From contig JAQYIU010000039.1 of the NCBI GenBank assembly GCA_028721415.1, positions 29,729-93,728 on the forward strand: DNA of 64,000 nucleotides, in the 5' to 3' direction. The notes under the pieces were generated by a model. The model saw only the letters and a program-made list of their open reading frames with translations, was not told the origin of the DNA and ran no database searches. A program made the position numbers and the translations under genes. Source of the stretch: Lachnospiraceae bacterium (GTDB taxonomy: Bacteria; Bacillota; Clostridia; Lachnospirales; Lachnospiraceae). Numbering within the stretch: position 1 is the first letter of the stretch; each line of letters opens with the position of its first letter. Of this stretch, positions 9,772 to 18,217 are shown piece by piece.

Positions 9772-10467
9772 ATGAATCTTACGTCAGCTGAATACAAAGA
9801 AATTGCGAGAGATGCTCTGAAAGAGAAACGTTTTGAAGCAACGATTTCCTTTCTGTTAGCGGCTTTACTTGGAGCCTTTTGTACATCTGCTTATTTTATA
9901 TGTCAATTTGCCGCAGCTATGGGAGTGTCGATTCGGTTCTTTGAGGGGGTACCTCATTTCCTTTCCTTTCTTCTGGTAATGGGAATTATACTGGCTCTTT
10001 TTTATTTTTTTGTGGGCGGAGCAATTCGATTTGGATATATTGATTATAATCTTGCCCTGCTTGATCGAAGAAGAACAGAAATTTTCCGTTTGTTTGGAAA
10101 GTTTACCATGTTTTGGAAAGCATTATACATGAGAGTAATAGTGCTTATCTGTGAGTTCCTGTATTCACTTTTGTTGATTGTTCCCGGAATTATCGCTGTT
10201 TATAGTTATGCCATGGTTCCGTATATCTTGGAAGAAAAACCGAATTATTCGGTGGGAAGAGCTATGAGAACATCCAAAAAGATTATGAAAGGACATAAAT
10301 GGCAACTATTCTGTCTGCGGTTCAGTTTTTTAGGATGGTATGTTCTCGGTATAGTAACATTCGGACTGGCATTTTTATATGCAGGGCCTTATATTAATGC
10401 CGCAGAAGCAGTATTCTATAATGAGATTTCCGGAAGAGCGGACGTTTACTACGGACGAAACAAATAA
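9772..10467 (+). CDS. DUF975-family membrane protein
   Basis: LLLIVPGIIAVYSYAMVPYIL, SKKIMKGHKWQLFCLRFSFLGW, PY..AAEAVFYNEI. AGGAGG before ATG 9772. Confidence 0.85.
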   Translation: MNLTSAEYKEIARDALKEKRFEATISFLLAALLGAFCTSAYFICQFAAAMGVSIRFFEGVPHFLSFLLVMGIILALFYFFVGGAIRFGYIDYNLALLDRRRTEIFRLFGKFTMFWKALYMRVIVLICEFLYSLLLIVPGIIAVYSYAMVPYILEEKPNYSVGRAMRTSKKIMKGHKWQLFCLRFSFLGWYVLGIVTFGLAFLYAGPYINAAEAVFYNEISGRADVYYGRNK

Positions 10468-10480
10468 ATATGATTTTAAC

Positions 10481-10544
10481 AAGAACGTCGATGTCGCAGT
10501 TACGGTATTATACCGTGACAGAGACATCGGCGGTCTTTTTATTT
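10481..10544 (+). terminator. Long hairpin terminator after the DUF975 gene
   Basis: AAGAACGTCGATGTC..GTTACGGTA-TTA-TACCGTGAC..GACATCGGCGGTCTT followed by a T-rich tail. Confidence 0.7.
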
Positions 10545-10569
10545 GCTTTTTTTCTTTCCCAAGTTAACA

Positions 10570-10817
10570 GGTTATGTCATTCTGAAAAGAAAGCGCAGCT
10601 TCACCGACAAAAAGAAAGCAGAAACCATTTCATTACATGGCGTTATGACATTGCGGCGAACAAGGGATAGAAAAGTCTTTGCAGAGACGGACACAAAAGT
10701 GTCCGGAATCGGAAGACTTTTCAGACCGAAGTACGCGCATGGTCATACAAATGTAATGAAATGGTTTCCGCATTGTGATGCCGGAAGCGGCGCTTGATTG
10801 TTTAGAGAGACATCCCC
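10570..10817. repeat. Structured dispersed repeat, copy 1 (MITE/REP-like element or ncRNA)
   Basis: Core 10621-10768 aligns without gaps to the reverse complement of 35215-35362 (18 mismatches in 148 nt by hand count). Nested inverted repeats. Confidence 0.9.
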
Positions 10818-11683
10818 TACTGGAAATATTTTTCTTTAATCAGGTCGACAGGCATTTCTTTTCCGGTCCACAGTTCAAAGGAAGCTGCTCCCTGATAAAG
10901 AAGCATGTAAAGACCGTTGAAAGTCGGACAGCCGATCTCGGATGCCATTTTTAAAAGCTTGGTCTGACGAGGGTTATAAATAACATCAGACACGATCAAA
11001 TCCGGACGGAGGAAAGAAGCGTCCGGAATAATGCAGGCATCTGTATTCGGTGCCATTCCAACTCCAGTTCCATTGGTCAGGATATCGCTGGTTGCGATGG
11101 ATGCTTTTAATGCATCGTCATCAGGAAGTGCGTGAACCGTAACCTTGCACTCCGTACGATCGTTTAATTTTGAAGCAATTTCTACCAGACGATCATAGAA
11201 CGCATCTTTGATATTAAAAACACGAATCTCTTTCAGTCCGTCAAGGGCGGCCTGTACCAAAATTGCAGTTGCGGCACCTCCGGCTCCTATCAGAGTCATG
11301 GTTTTTCCAATCAGATCAAAACCAGCCTCTTTGGCTGCACGCATATAGCCGATTCCGTCTGTTGTATATCCGGTAAGCACGCCGTTATCATTTACGACAG
11401 TGTTAACGGCACCACTGATCTCAGAAGCAGGAGAGAGTTTATCGGCAAGCTCACACATCAGATTTTTATCCGGCATGGTGAGATTCCATCCTCTGGCTCC
11501 CATGGTACGAAGACCCTCAACCGCTGTTTTTAAACCATCGGTTCCTACATCAAAACAAAGGTAAGTATAGTCAAGACCCAGTGCATCAAAACTTTCATTG
11601 TGCATGAGTGGGGAAATACTATGTGCTACCGGGCTGCCGAGTAAGCCTGTTAATACGGTAGTTCCTGTGATTTTTTTTGCCAT
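10817..11683 (-). CDS. aroE: Shikimate dehydrogenase (AroE/YdiB-like)
   Basis: GSPVAHSISPLMHN, NLTMPDK, GAVNTV, TTDGIG, GAGGAA, DVIYNP, GLYMLLYQG. Confidence 0.95.
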   Translation of the reverse strand: MAKKITGTTVLTGLLGSPVAHSISPLMHNESFDALGLDYTYLCFDVGTDGLKTAVEGLRTMGARGWNLTMPDKNLMCELADKLSPASEISGAVNTVVNDNGVLTGYTTDGIGYMRAAKEAGFDLIGKTMTLIGAGGAATAILVQAALDGLKEIRVFNIKDAFYDRLVEIASKLNDRTECKVTVHALPDDDALKASIATSDILTNGTGVGMAPNTDACIIPDASFLRPDLIVSDVIYNPRQTKLLKMASEIGCPTFNGLYMLLYQGAASFELWTGKEMPVDLIKEKYFQ

Positions 11684-11786
11684 TTTTTTTACTCCTCATC
11701 TATCATTCCAGAAAATAATCTGGCATTTTTTTGGCCTATGCTCATATGAGTAATTCCCATATGTTGCATGATCACTATATTTTAAT

Positions 11787-11815
11787 ACTATACGCACTGC
11801 ACAGAAAATTGTCAA
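11787..11815 (-). promoter_or_regulatory. SigA promoter of aroE
   Basis: TTGACA-N17-TATAGT on the minus strand. Confidence 0.7.
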
Positions 11816-11855
11816 TGTTCAACTGGAAGAAAAATACAAAGGACAAAAAACTCAC

Positions 11856-11884
11856 TTGAAACATGTGTATTCTTTTGTTAGAAT
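11856..11884 (+). promoter_or_regulatory. Divergent SigA promoter of the 11937 gene
   Basis: TTGAAA-N17-TAGAAT with extended TG; argues the real start is ATG 11937, not 11856. Confidence 0.65.
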
Positions 11885-11936
11885 AAGAACAGTTTATCAA
11901 GGCGAACTTGAAAAAAGGGAAGGAAGAAAAGAAGAC

Positions 11937-12647
11937 ATGGATGTATTAGGTAAAAAACTGTCAGAGAAAACAGAGTCTATTTGCAAAGGAATTATCGATG
12001 AGCTGGTTTATCCGGTGAAGTTTTTAAAATTAGATCCGGAGAATGAGGAAGACTGCAGTCGTCCGGTTGCCATGGATAATGGAAAGAAAGAGTTCATCGT
12101 AAAAGTGGATAGTGGTCTGGAGGATTATCTGTTTGAGAATGCGCTGGTAAGAGATATGATCTACTGTCAGCAGATGAGCAATCAGGCACCTGCACTTATG
12201 GCAGTTTCGGAGAAGGATATCGATGCTTTTCAGGTGGCACTGATGATCAGCTCTGTCATTATGGATATTGATGTGGAGACGAAATTAAAAGAACATGATA
12301 TGCACATTGATGATATTGACACCATGCGTCTGAGTGATTTATTTGCATTCTTAAAGTCTGGAATGTCTGATTTTAACAGAGAGTTATATCATATTTTCTG
12401 TGGCCTTCAGATCACATTATTGTTATTTACAACATCAAATCGTAAAAATATTGAGGACATTGTGGAATCATTCTATGTATCAGATCCGGAAGCCATGGAG
12501 ATGATTGACAAGTTTGTAGACATTATCGACCGATATGGTGTGAAGGATAATCGTTCCATGATGCGCTGTATGAGAAAGATTGCGCTGGCATGTAATATGA
12601 AGGGAAGATTAAAGCTGGAATACGAAGGTAAGATTACAGTTTTATAA
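11937..12647 (+). CDS. Hypothetical protein
   Basis: Long ORF with typical codon usage; no family confidently recognised. Confidence 0.75.
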   Translation: MDVLGKKLSEKTESICKGIIDELVYPVKFLKLDPENEEDCSRPVAMDNGKKEFIVKVDSGLEDYLFENALVRDMIYCQQMSNQAPALMAVSEKDIDAFQVALMISSVIMDIDVETKLKEHDMHIDDIDTMRLSDLFAFLKSGMSDFNRELYHIFCGLQITLLLFTTSNRKNIEDIVESFYVSDPEAMEMIDKFVDIIDRYGVKDNRSMMRCMRKIALACNMKGRLKLEYEGKITVL

Positions 12648-12740
12648 TCCGATAGGTCATCTCAGTGGGGATTCCTTTCTTAAATATGCGAATCCCCGTC
12701 AAGATTCATGATTTTACACAGAGAATCCTGCGTGCGGGAT

Positions 12741-12795
12741 TCTCTTGTATTTTTTAACAGGAAATGCTTCATTTCCTGTTAAAAAATACAAGAGA
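12741..12795. repeat. Perfect 26-bp inverted repeat with 3-nt loop
   Basis: TCTCTTGTATTTTTTAACAGGAAATG-CTT-CATTTCCTGTTAAAAAATACAAGAGA. Confidence 0.95.
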
Positions 12796-12842
12796 CTTTA
12801 TTACACTGAATTGATACAATAAGGACATCTTCGGAGGACAAT

Positions 12843-14705
12843 ATGGAAATAAAACAATATTTAATGCAGAACAGATTATTGACAGACGGAGCGATGGGGA
12901 CTTATTTTGATGAGGTTGAGTCAGAGAACTATCTTTGTTCTGAGGAAGCTAATCTTTTGAATCCGGATTTGATTTTGAAGATTCATCAGGAATATATCGA
13001 ACAGGGAGCACGCCTGATTCGTAGTAATACATTTTCTTCCAATCGCAAGACATTTGAGCAGATACAAAATAAACGAGCAGAGCTGAAAAATGTGAGCTTT
13101 CAGGCGTTTGTTGCTGCTGGATATGAGATTGCTCTTCGGGCCGGGGAAGAGGCTGCGAAAGATGGAAAAGAAGTCTATGTAGCAGCCGATATCGGACCAA
13201 TTTTTGAGGAAAGGGATACGGAGGCAGAGGATGTCCTGGCAGAATATTATGAGCTCTGCGATATTTTTCTGGAGCAGGGAGCCAGAATTTTTGTGTTGGA
13301 GACATTTCCTGATGAACAATATGTAATCAGGATGGCTCGATATATCAAAGAGAAAGCAGAAGATGTTTTTATTATCGCACAGTTTTCTTTTGTTCCGACG
13401 GGGTACAGCCGAACAGGATATCATTATAAAACAGTACTGACGAAGGCCGTGGAGAGCGGATGTCTGGATGCGGTTGGGTTAAACTGTGGAATTGGTGCTG
13501 CTCACATGGAAAAGTTTTACATTTCCTATCTTGAGGCTTGCGGAATGCCGGAAGGAGTTTATTTGACGGCTCTGCCAAACTGTGGATATCCTCAGATTGT
13601 AAGGGGCCGGGCAATTTATTCGGACAGCGTGTCATACTTTGGTAAGAAAGTTGCCTCTCTGGCGAAGCTTGGCGTTAAGATTCTCGGAGGTTGTTGTGGT
13701 ACTACTCCGGAATATATTGGCGAGATCGCAAAAGTTTTGACCAGTGAAGCACCAAAAGAGGGTAAAAATGATACACAACCCAAAGTGATAACCGTACAAG
13801 AGAAAAAAAGAACGGTCATTAAAAAAGACAAAGTGGATAAAAATCCGATCATCAATCATTTCCGGGAAAAACTGGAAAAGGGTGAGACAGTCTACGCTGT
13901 AGAACTGGATCCCCCTTTTGACGCAGATGCCCAAAAGATGATTACGGGAGCAGAATTGTTGAAGGAAAGTCCGGTGGATATCATTACCATTGCGGATTCT
14001 CCATTGGCCAGATCAAGAGCAGATTCACTGCTTATGGCTGCGAAGATCCGTCATGTGACGGGAATGGATGTGATGCCGCATTTATGCTGCCGTGACCGTA
14101 ATCGGATTGGAATAAGAAGCGGGATATTGGGAGCTCAGATCAATGATATCCGTAACTTTCTTATTGTGACCGGGGATCCTGTGGGAAGAGATGAAAGAGC
14201 GTTTACCAAAAGCGTGTTTGATTTTAATTCTATTAAAATGATGAAATTCCTGCAGGGGATGAATGAAGAAATATTTAAAAATGATCCAATATTTTACGGC
14301 GGAGCCCTGAATCAGAATGGATCCAATCCGGAAAAAATTGCAGAGCGAATGAAAAAGAAAATGGATGCCGGATGTTCCTTCTTTCTGACGCAGCCGGTGT
14401 ATTCCGAAGAGGAATTGCAGCGATTATCCTGGTTAAAAGAGCAGACGGGAGCAAAAATATTAATTGGTATCATGCCCCTGGTAAGCTATCGAAATGCTTT
14501 ATTTATCAAAAATGAGATGCCGGGAATTTATGTTCCGGATCAGATTCTGGAACAATATGTACCGGAAGGCAGCCGGGAAGAATGGGAAGCAATTGCGATT
14601 CGTATCTCAAAAGAGATCATGCAGGCAGGAAAAGAGATTGGTGCCGGATACTATTTTATGACTCCATTCCAGAGAGTATCCCTGATTCAGAAAATTATAA
14701 GATAG
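12843..14705 (+). CDS. yitJ: Bifunctional homocysteine S-methyltransferase / methylenetetrahydrofolate reductase (YitJ-like)
   Basis: DGAMGT, GLNC and GGCCGTTP in the N-terminal domain; VELDPP, TIADSP, PHLCCRDRN, VTGDP, FFLTQPVY in the MTHFR domain. Confidence 0.92.
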   Translation: MEIKQYLMQNRLLTDGAMGTYFDEVESENYLCSEEANLLNPDLILKIHQEYIEQGARLIRSNTFSSNRKTFEQIQNKRAELKNVSFQAFVAAGYEIALRAGEEAAKDGKEVYVAADIGPIFEERDTEAEDVLAEYYELCDIFLEQGARIFVLETFPDEQYVIRMARYIKEKAEDVFIIAQFSFVPTGYSRTGYHYKTVLTKAVESGCLDAVGLNCGIGAAHMEKFYISYLEACGMPEGVYLTALPNCGYPQIVRGRAIYSDSVSYFGKKVASLAKLGVKILGGCCGTTPEYIGEIAKVLTSEAPKEGKNDTQPKVITVQEKKRTVIKKDKVDKNPIINHFREKLEKGETVYAVELDPPFDADAQKMITGAELLKESPVDIITIADSPLARSRADSLLMAAKIRHVTGMDVMPHLCCRDRNRIGIRSGILGAQINDIRNFLIVTGDPVGRDERAFTKSVFDFNSIKMMKFLQGMNEEIFKNDPIFYGGALNQNGSNPEKIAERMKKKMDAGCSFFLTQPVYSEEELQRLSWLKEQTGAKILIGIMPLVSYRNALFIKNEMPGIYVPDQILEQYVPEGSREEWEAIAIRISKEIMQAGKEIGAGYYFMTPFQRVSLIQKIIR

Positions 14706-14716
14706 AGGTAGAAAAG

Positions 14717-17167
14717 ATGACGAAAGAAGCATTATATCGTTTAATAGAAGAAAGTCCTGTTATTTTGGACGGTGCCACCGGATCGAACCTTCAAAAGGCC
14801 GGAATGCCGGTGGGGGTATGCCCGGAACAATGGATTCTTGACAATGAGGAAGCCTTGATCCGGTTGCAGAAAGCTTATGTTGATGCCGGAACCAGAATTT
14901 TGTATGCACCGACATTTTCCGGCAATCGGGTTAAATTAGAAGAGTATGGACTGGGTGACAGAGCAGAAGAAATCAACAAAAAGCTGGTTTCGCTCAGTAA
15001 AAGGGCTGCGGGAGAAAAGGCGCTGGTAGCCGGTGATCTCACTATGACCGGTGTGGCTTTGGAACCTATTGGTCCGATGAAACTGGAAGAGTTGATAGAC
15101 ATTTATAAAGAACAGGCAAGATATTTGCTGGAGGCCGGTGTGGATCTGTTCGTGGTGGAGACCATGATGAGTCTGGCAGAGACAAGAGCAGCTGTCATAG
15201 CAATCAAAGAGGTTTGTGACCTGCCGGTTATTGCTTCCATGACTTTTCAGGAGGATGGAAGAACCTTATATGGCACAGATCCGATCACAGCAGTGGTTGT
15301 ACTGCAGAGTGTTGGCGCAGATGTGATCGGTGTCAATTGTTCCACAGGACCGGACGAGATGATTCCAATCGTTCGTCAGATGAAAGAATATGCAGAGATT
15401 CCTATTCTTGCAAAACCGAATGCAGGATTACCTGTTCTGGTGCAAGGAGAGACGATCTATCCGATGTCTCCGGAAGAATTTGCTTCTTATGGCCCTGCTT
15501 TTGTGGAGGCAGGTGCAGGAATGCTCGGTGGATGCTGTGGAACAACACCGGAACATATTCGCTGTCTGACAGAAAGTGTGAAAGATTGTAAAGTAAAGAA
15601 ACCGGAGAATCTTCATCCGATGATGGTTGCCTCCGAGAGAAAGAGTCAGGAGATCGCTTTAGATGGGAATTTTCTGGTAATTGGTGAGCGTATCAATCCA
15701 ACCGGAAAGAAAAAACTGCAGGAAGAACTGCGTGCCGGAAAACTTCAGATTGTGGAAGAGATGGCGGAACAGCAGGAAGAGATGGGAGCCCATATTCTGG
15801 ATATCAATATGGGAACCAACGGAATTGATGAGAAAGAAATGATGTTGAAAGCCATCCAGAAGGTGACAATGGTTTCCAGCTTGCCGCTCTGTATTGATAC
15901 CAGCTATGTGGAAGTGATGGAAGCAGCGCTCCGTGCTTATCCGGGAAGAGCATTGGTGAATTCCATTTCCATGGAGAAGGAAAAGATAGAAAAATTGTTG
16001 CCGCTGGTAAAAAAATATGGTGCCATGTTTATTCTGTTGCCGCTTTCCGATAAAGGATTGCCGGAGAACCTTGAAGAGAAAAAACAACTCATTCATGGAG
16101 TGCTCGAGAGGGCAGAGGCATTGGGAATTTCCAGACATCAGATTGTGGTGGATGGACTGGTTACAACAGTTGGAGCTAATAAAAAGGCAGCTCTTGAAAC
16201 ACTGGAAACCATTCGTTATTGTAAAGAAGAATTAAAATTATGTACAACAATCGGACTGTCTAACATTTCTTTTGGTTTGCCGGAACGGGCGTATGTGAAT
16301 GGTGCATTTGTAGCGATGGCGATTCAGAGTGGTCTTACCATGGCAATTGCCAACCCGTCAAACCAACTTCTAATGGGAATATCTTTTGCTTCCGATCTGC
16401 TTCAGAATAAAGCAGGGGCTGATATTGCCTATATTGAACAGGTGAATCGGATGGGACCGATGACGCAGCAGACGGTGAAAGTTGCCCAAAAGAAGCCGAA
16501 AGCAGAAGAAGGAAAATTCATAGAAGAACCTCAAACAAGGACCCTCGTTTTTGAGGCTGTTTTGAAAGGAAATATCGAAGGGATTGTGGATTTGGTAAAG
16601 GAGACACTGAATCAGGGAGAATCCCCGAAAAATATTCTGGATCAGATGCTGATTCCTGCGATTAATGAAGTGGGACGCTTGTTTGATATTCAGACCTATT
16701 TCCTCCCACAGCTTATCTCCAGTGCCAATGCCATGAAGGAAGCCATCAATTACCTTGAGCCGATGCTTCAGGAGAACGGAAGTCAGGAAGAGATGCCGGT
16801 GGTTGTTATTGCCACAGTGGAAGGAGATATTCATGATATCGGAAAGAATCTGGTTGCCCTGATGCTCAAGAATTATGGATATCAGGTATATGATCTTGGA
16901 AAAGATGTTCCTGCAGATAAAATTATCCAGGCGGCAGAAGAATATGATGCAGATATTATTGCATTGTCAGCACTTATGACAACAACAATGATGAAGATGA
17001 AAGAGACGATCGCACTCAGAAACGAGAAAAAAATGAAAGCGAAAGTCATTATCGGAGGGGCAGTCACTACGCAGAATTTTGCAGATGAGATTGGTGCAGA
17101 TGGCTATTCCAAAGATGCGGCGGAGGCAGTGAAACTGGTGCAATCGTTACTGGGAGAAAATGTATGA
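14717..17167 (+). CDS. metH: Cobalamin-dependent methionine synthase (Hcy, pterin, cap and B12 domains; no AdoMet reactivation domain)
   Basis: LDGATGS, GGCCGTTP, IGERINPTGKK, GLSNISFG, GDIHDIGKNLV, LSALMTTT. Start ATG 14717 after GAGGT. Confidence 0.93.
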   Translation: MTKEALYRLIEESPVILDGATGSNLQKAGMPVGVCPEQWILDNEEALIRLQKAYVDAGTRILYAPTFSGNRVKLEEYGLGDRAEEINKKLVSLSKRAAGEKALVAGDLTMTGVALEPIGPMKLEELIDIYKEQARYLLEAGVDLFVVETMMSLAETRAAVIAIKEVCDLPVIASMTFQEDGRTLYGTDPITAVVVLQSVGADVIGVNCSTGPDEMIPIVRQMKEYAEIPILAKPNAGLPVLVQGETIYPMSPEEFASYGPAFVEAGAGMLGGCCGTTPEHIRCLTESVKDCKVKKPENLHPMMVASERKSQEIALDGNFLVIGERINPTGKKKLQEELRAGKLQIVEEMAEQQEEMGAHILDINMGTNGIDEKEMMLKAIQKVTMVSSLPLCIDTSYVEVMEAALRAYPGRALVNSISMEKEKIEKLLPLVKKYGAMFILLPLSDKGLPENLEEKKQLIHGVLERAEALGISRHQIVVDGLVTTVGANKKAALETLETIRYCKEELKLCTTIGLSNISFGLPERAYVNGAFVAMAIQSGLTMAIANPSNQLLMGISFASDLLQNKAGADIAYIEQVNRMGPMTQQTVKVAQKKPKAEEGKFIEEPQTRTLVFEAVLKGNIEGIVDLVKETLNQGESPKNILDQMLIPAINEVGRLFDIQTYFLPQLISSANAMKEAINYLEPMLQENGSQEEMPVVVIATVEGDIHDIGKNLVALMLKNYGYQVYDLGKDVPADKIIQAAEEYDADIIALSALMTTTMMKMKETIALRNEKKMKAKVIIGGAVTTQNFADEIGADGYSKDAAEAVKLVQSLLGENV

Positions 17168-18075
17168 AAATAGATGTGATTATTCCTACCTACAAACCGA
17201 ATGAGAAACTGGATAAAAATCTTCGTATGCTGCGCAGGCAGACTGTACAGCCAGACAAAATTCTCCTTGTCAATACAGAAAAGGAACTGTTTCACAGCAA
17301 AGAATTTGAAAAATTACATCAGGGAGAACTGATTCATATAAAAAAATCAGAATTTGATCATGGCGGCACCAGAAACCGTGCTGCCGCTCAGTGTGATGGG
17401 GATATTATCGTGCTGCTGACACAGGATGCCATACCGGCGGATGAACATCTGATTGAACATCTGATTGCTCCGTTTGAAGATGAGGAAGTCTGTGCTGCAT
17501 ATGGCAGACAGATGGCTGACTGGAAAGATAATCCGGTAGAAGCGTATACAAGAATATTTAATTATCCGAAAGAAAGCAGGATAAAATCCAAAGAAGATCT
17601 TCCTCTATTGGGAATCAAAACGTTCTTCTGCTCCAATGTCTGTGCCGCTTATCGTAAAACTGTTTATGATGATATGGGAGGATTTCCGCTTCATACTATT
17701 TTTAATGAAGATATGATTTTTGCATCCCGATTGATTCAGGCAGGAAAGAAAATCGCCTATGTGGCAGATGCAAAAGTCTGGCACTGGCATAATTATACGG
17801 CAAAAGAACAATTGAAGCGTAATTTTGATCTGGCGGTTTCTCAGGTGGATTGCGGAGGACTGTTCAAGGAAGTGAAATCAGAATCAGAGGGAATCCGGCT
17901 GGTAAAACAGACCTTGCTTCATTTTATCAAGAGAGGCAAGATCAATTATATTCCTCATATTATTATACAAAGTGGAGCAAAATACATCGGCTACAAGCTG
18001 GGACAAAATTATAAAAAGCTTCCAAAATGGCTGATTCTTAAGATTTCTTTAAACCCTTCCTACTGGAAAATGTAG
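17164..18075 (+). CDS. GT2 glycosyltransferase (rhamnosyltransferase-like)
   Basis: IDVIIPTYKP, FDHGGTRN, LTQDA, AYGRQ, FNED. Confidence 0.88.
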   Translation: MKIDVIIPTYKPNEKLDKNLRMLRRQTVQPDKILLVNTEKELFHSKEFEKLHQGELIHIKKSEFDHGGTRNRAAAQCDGDIIVLLTQDAIPADEHLIEHLIAPFEDEEVCAAYGRQMADWKDNPVEAYTRIFNYPKESRIKSKEDLPLLGIKTFFCSNVCAAYRKTVYDDMGGFPLHTIFNEDMIFASRLIQAGKKIAYVADAKVWHWHNYTAKEQLKRNFDLAVSQVDCGGLFKEVKSESEGIRLVKQTLLHFIKRGKINYIPHIIIQSGAKYIGYKLGQNYKKLPKWLILKISLNPSYWKM

Positions 18076-18217
18076 AGAAACCCTGAATTTTAAGAATTTT
18101 TGTCTTGCAAACAAAGAAAAATTAGTATAATGTATACCCGTAGGGTATGTACTTAAGGGATAAATGTATGTACCGAAGGTGTCGTGTTAATAGTTTTTCT
18201 ACAGGAGGTTATAGAGT

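Noticed and set aside
10621-10768. Hammerhead or other known ribozyme within the repeat
   Set aside because: No CUGANGA...GAAA core in the proper junction context on either strand by eye.
10543-10797. 84-aa ORF homologous to the 85-aa ORF at 35180-35437 (-)
   Set aside because: Both are translations of the structured repeat. Most differences are non-synonymous, several preserve base pairing, the N-termini are unrelated and there is no RBS. Protein coding is unlikely though not excluded.
12650-12842. SAM-I riboswitch, Met T-box or IS200/IS605 end upstream of yitJ
   Set aside because: The ATC..GAG/GCAACC SAM-I core and the GGTGGNACC T-box are absent. GAATCCCC..TCAA only loosely recalls IS605 ends and no tnpA/tnpB is present.
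14582-14716. Extended N-terminus of metH in the ORF track
   Set aside because: It overlaps yitJ; the RBS supports ATG 14717. Similar over-extensions were trimmed for ptb, DUF975, the 11937 gene, ybaK, DMT, glyQS, purF, DUF1312 and purL.
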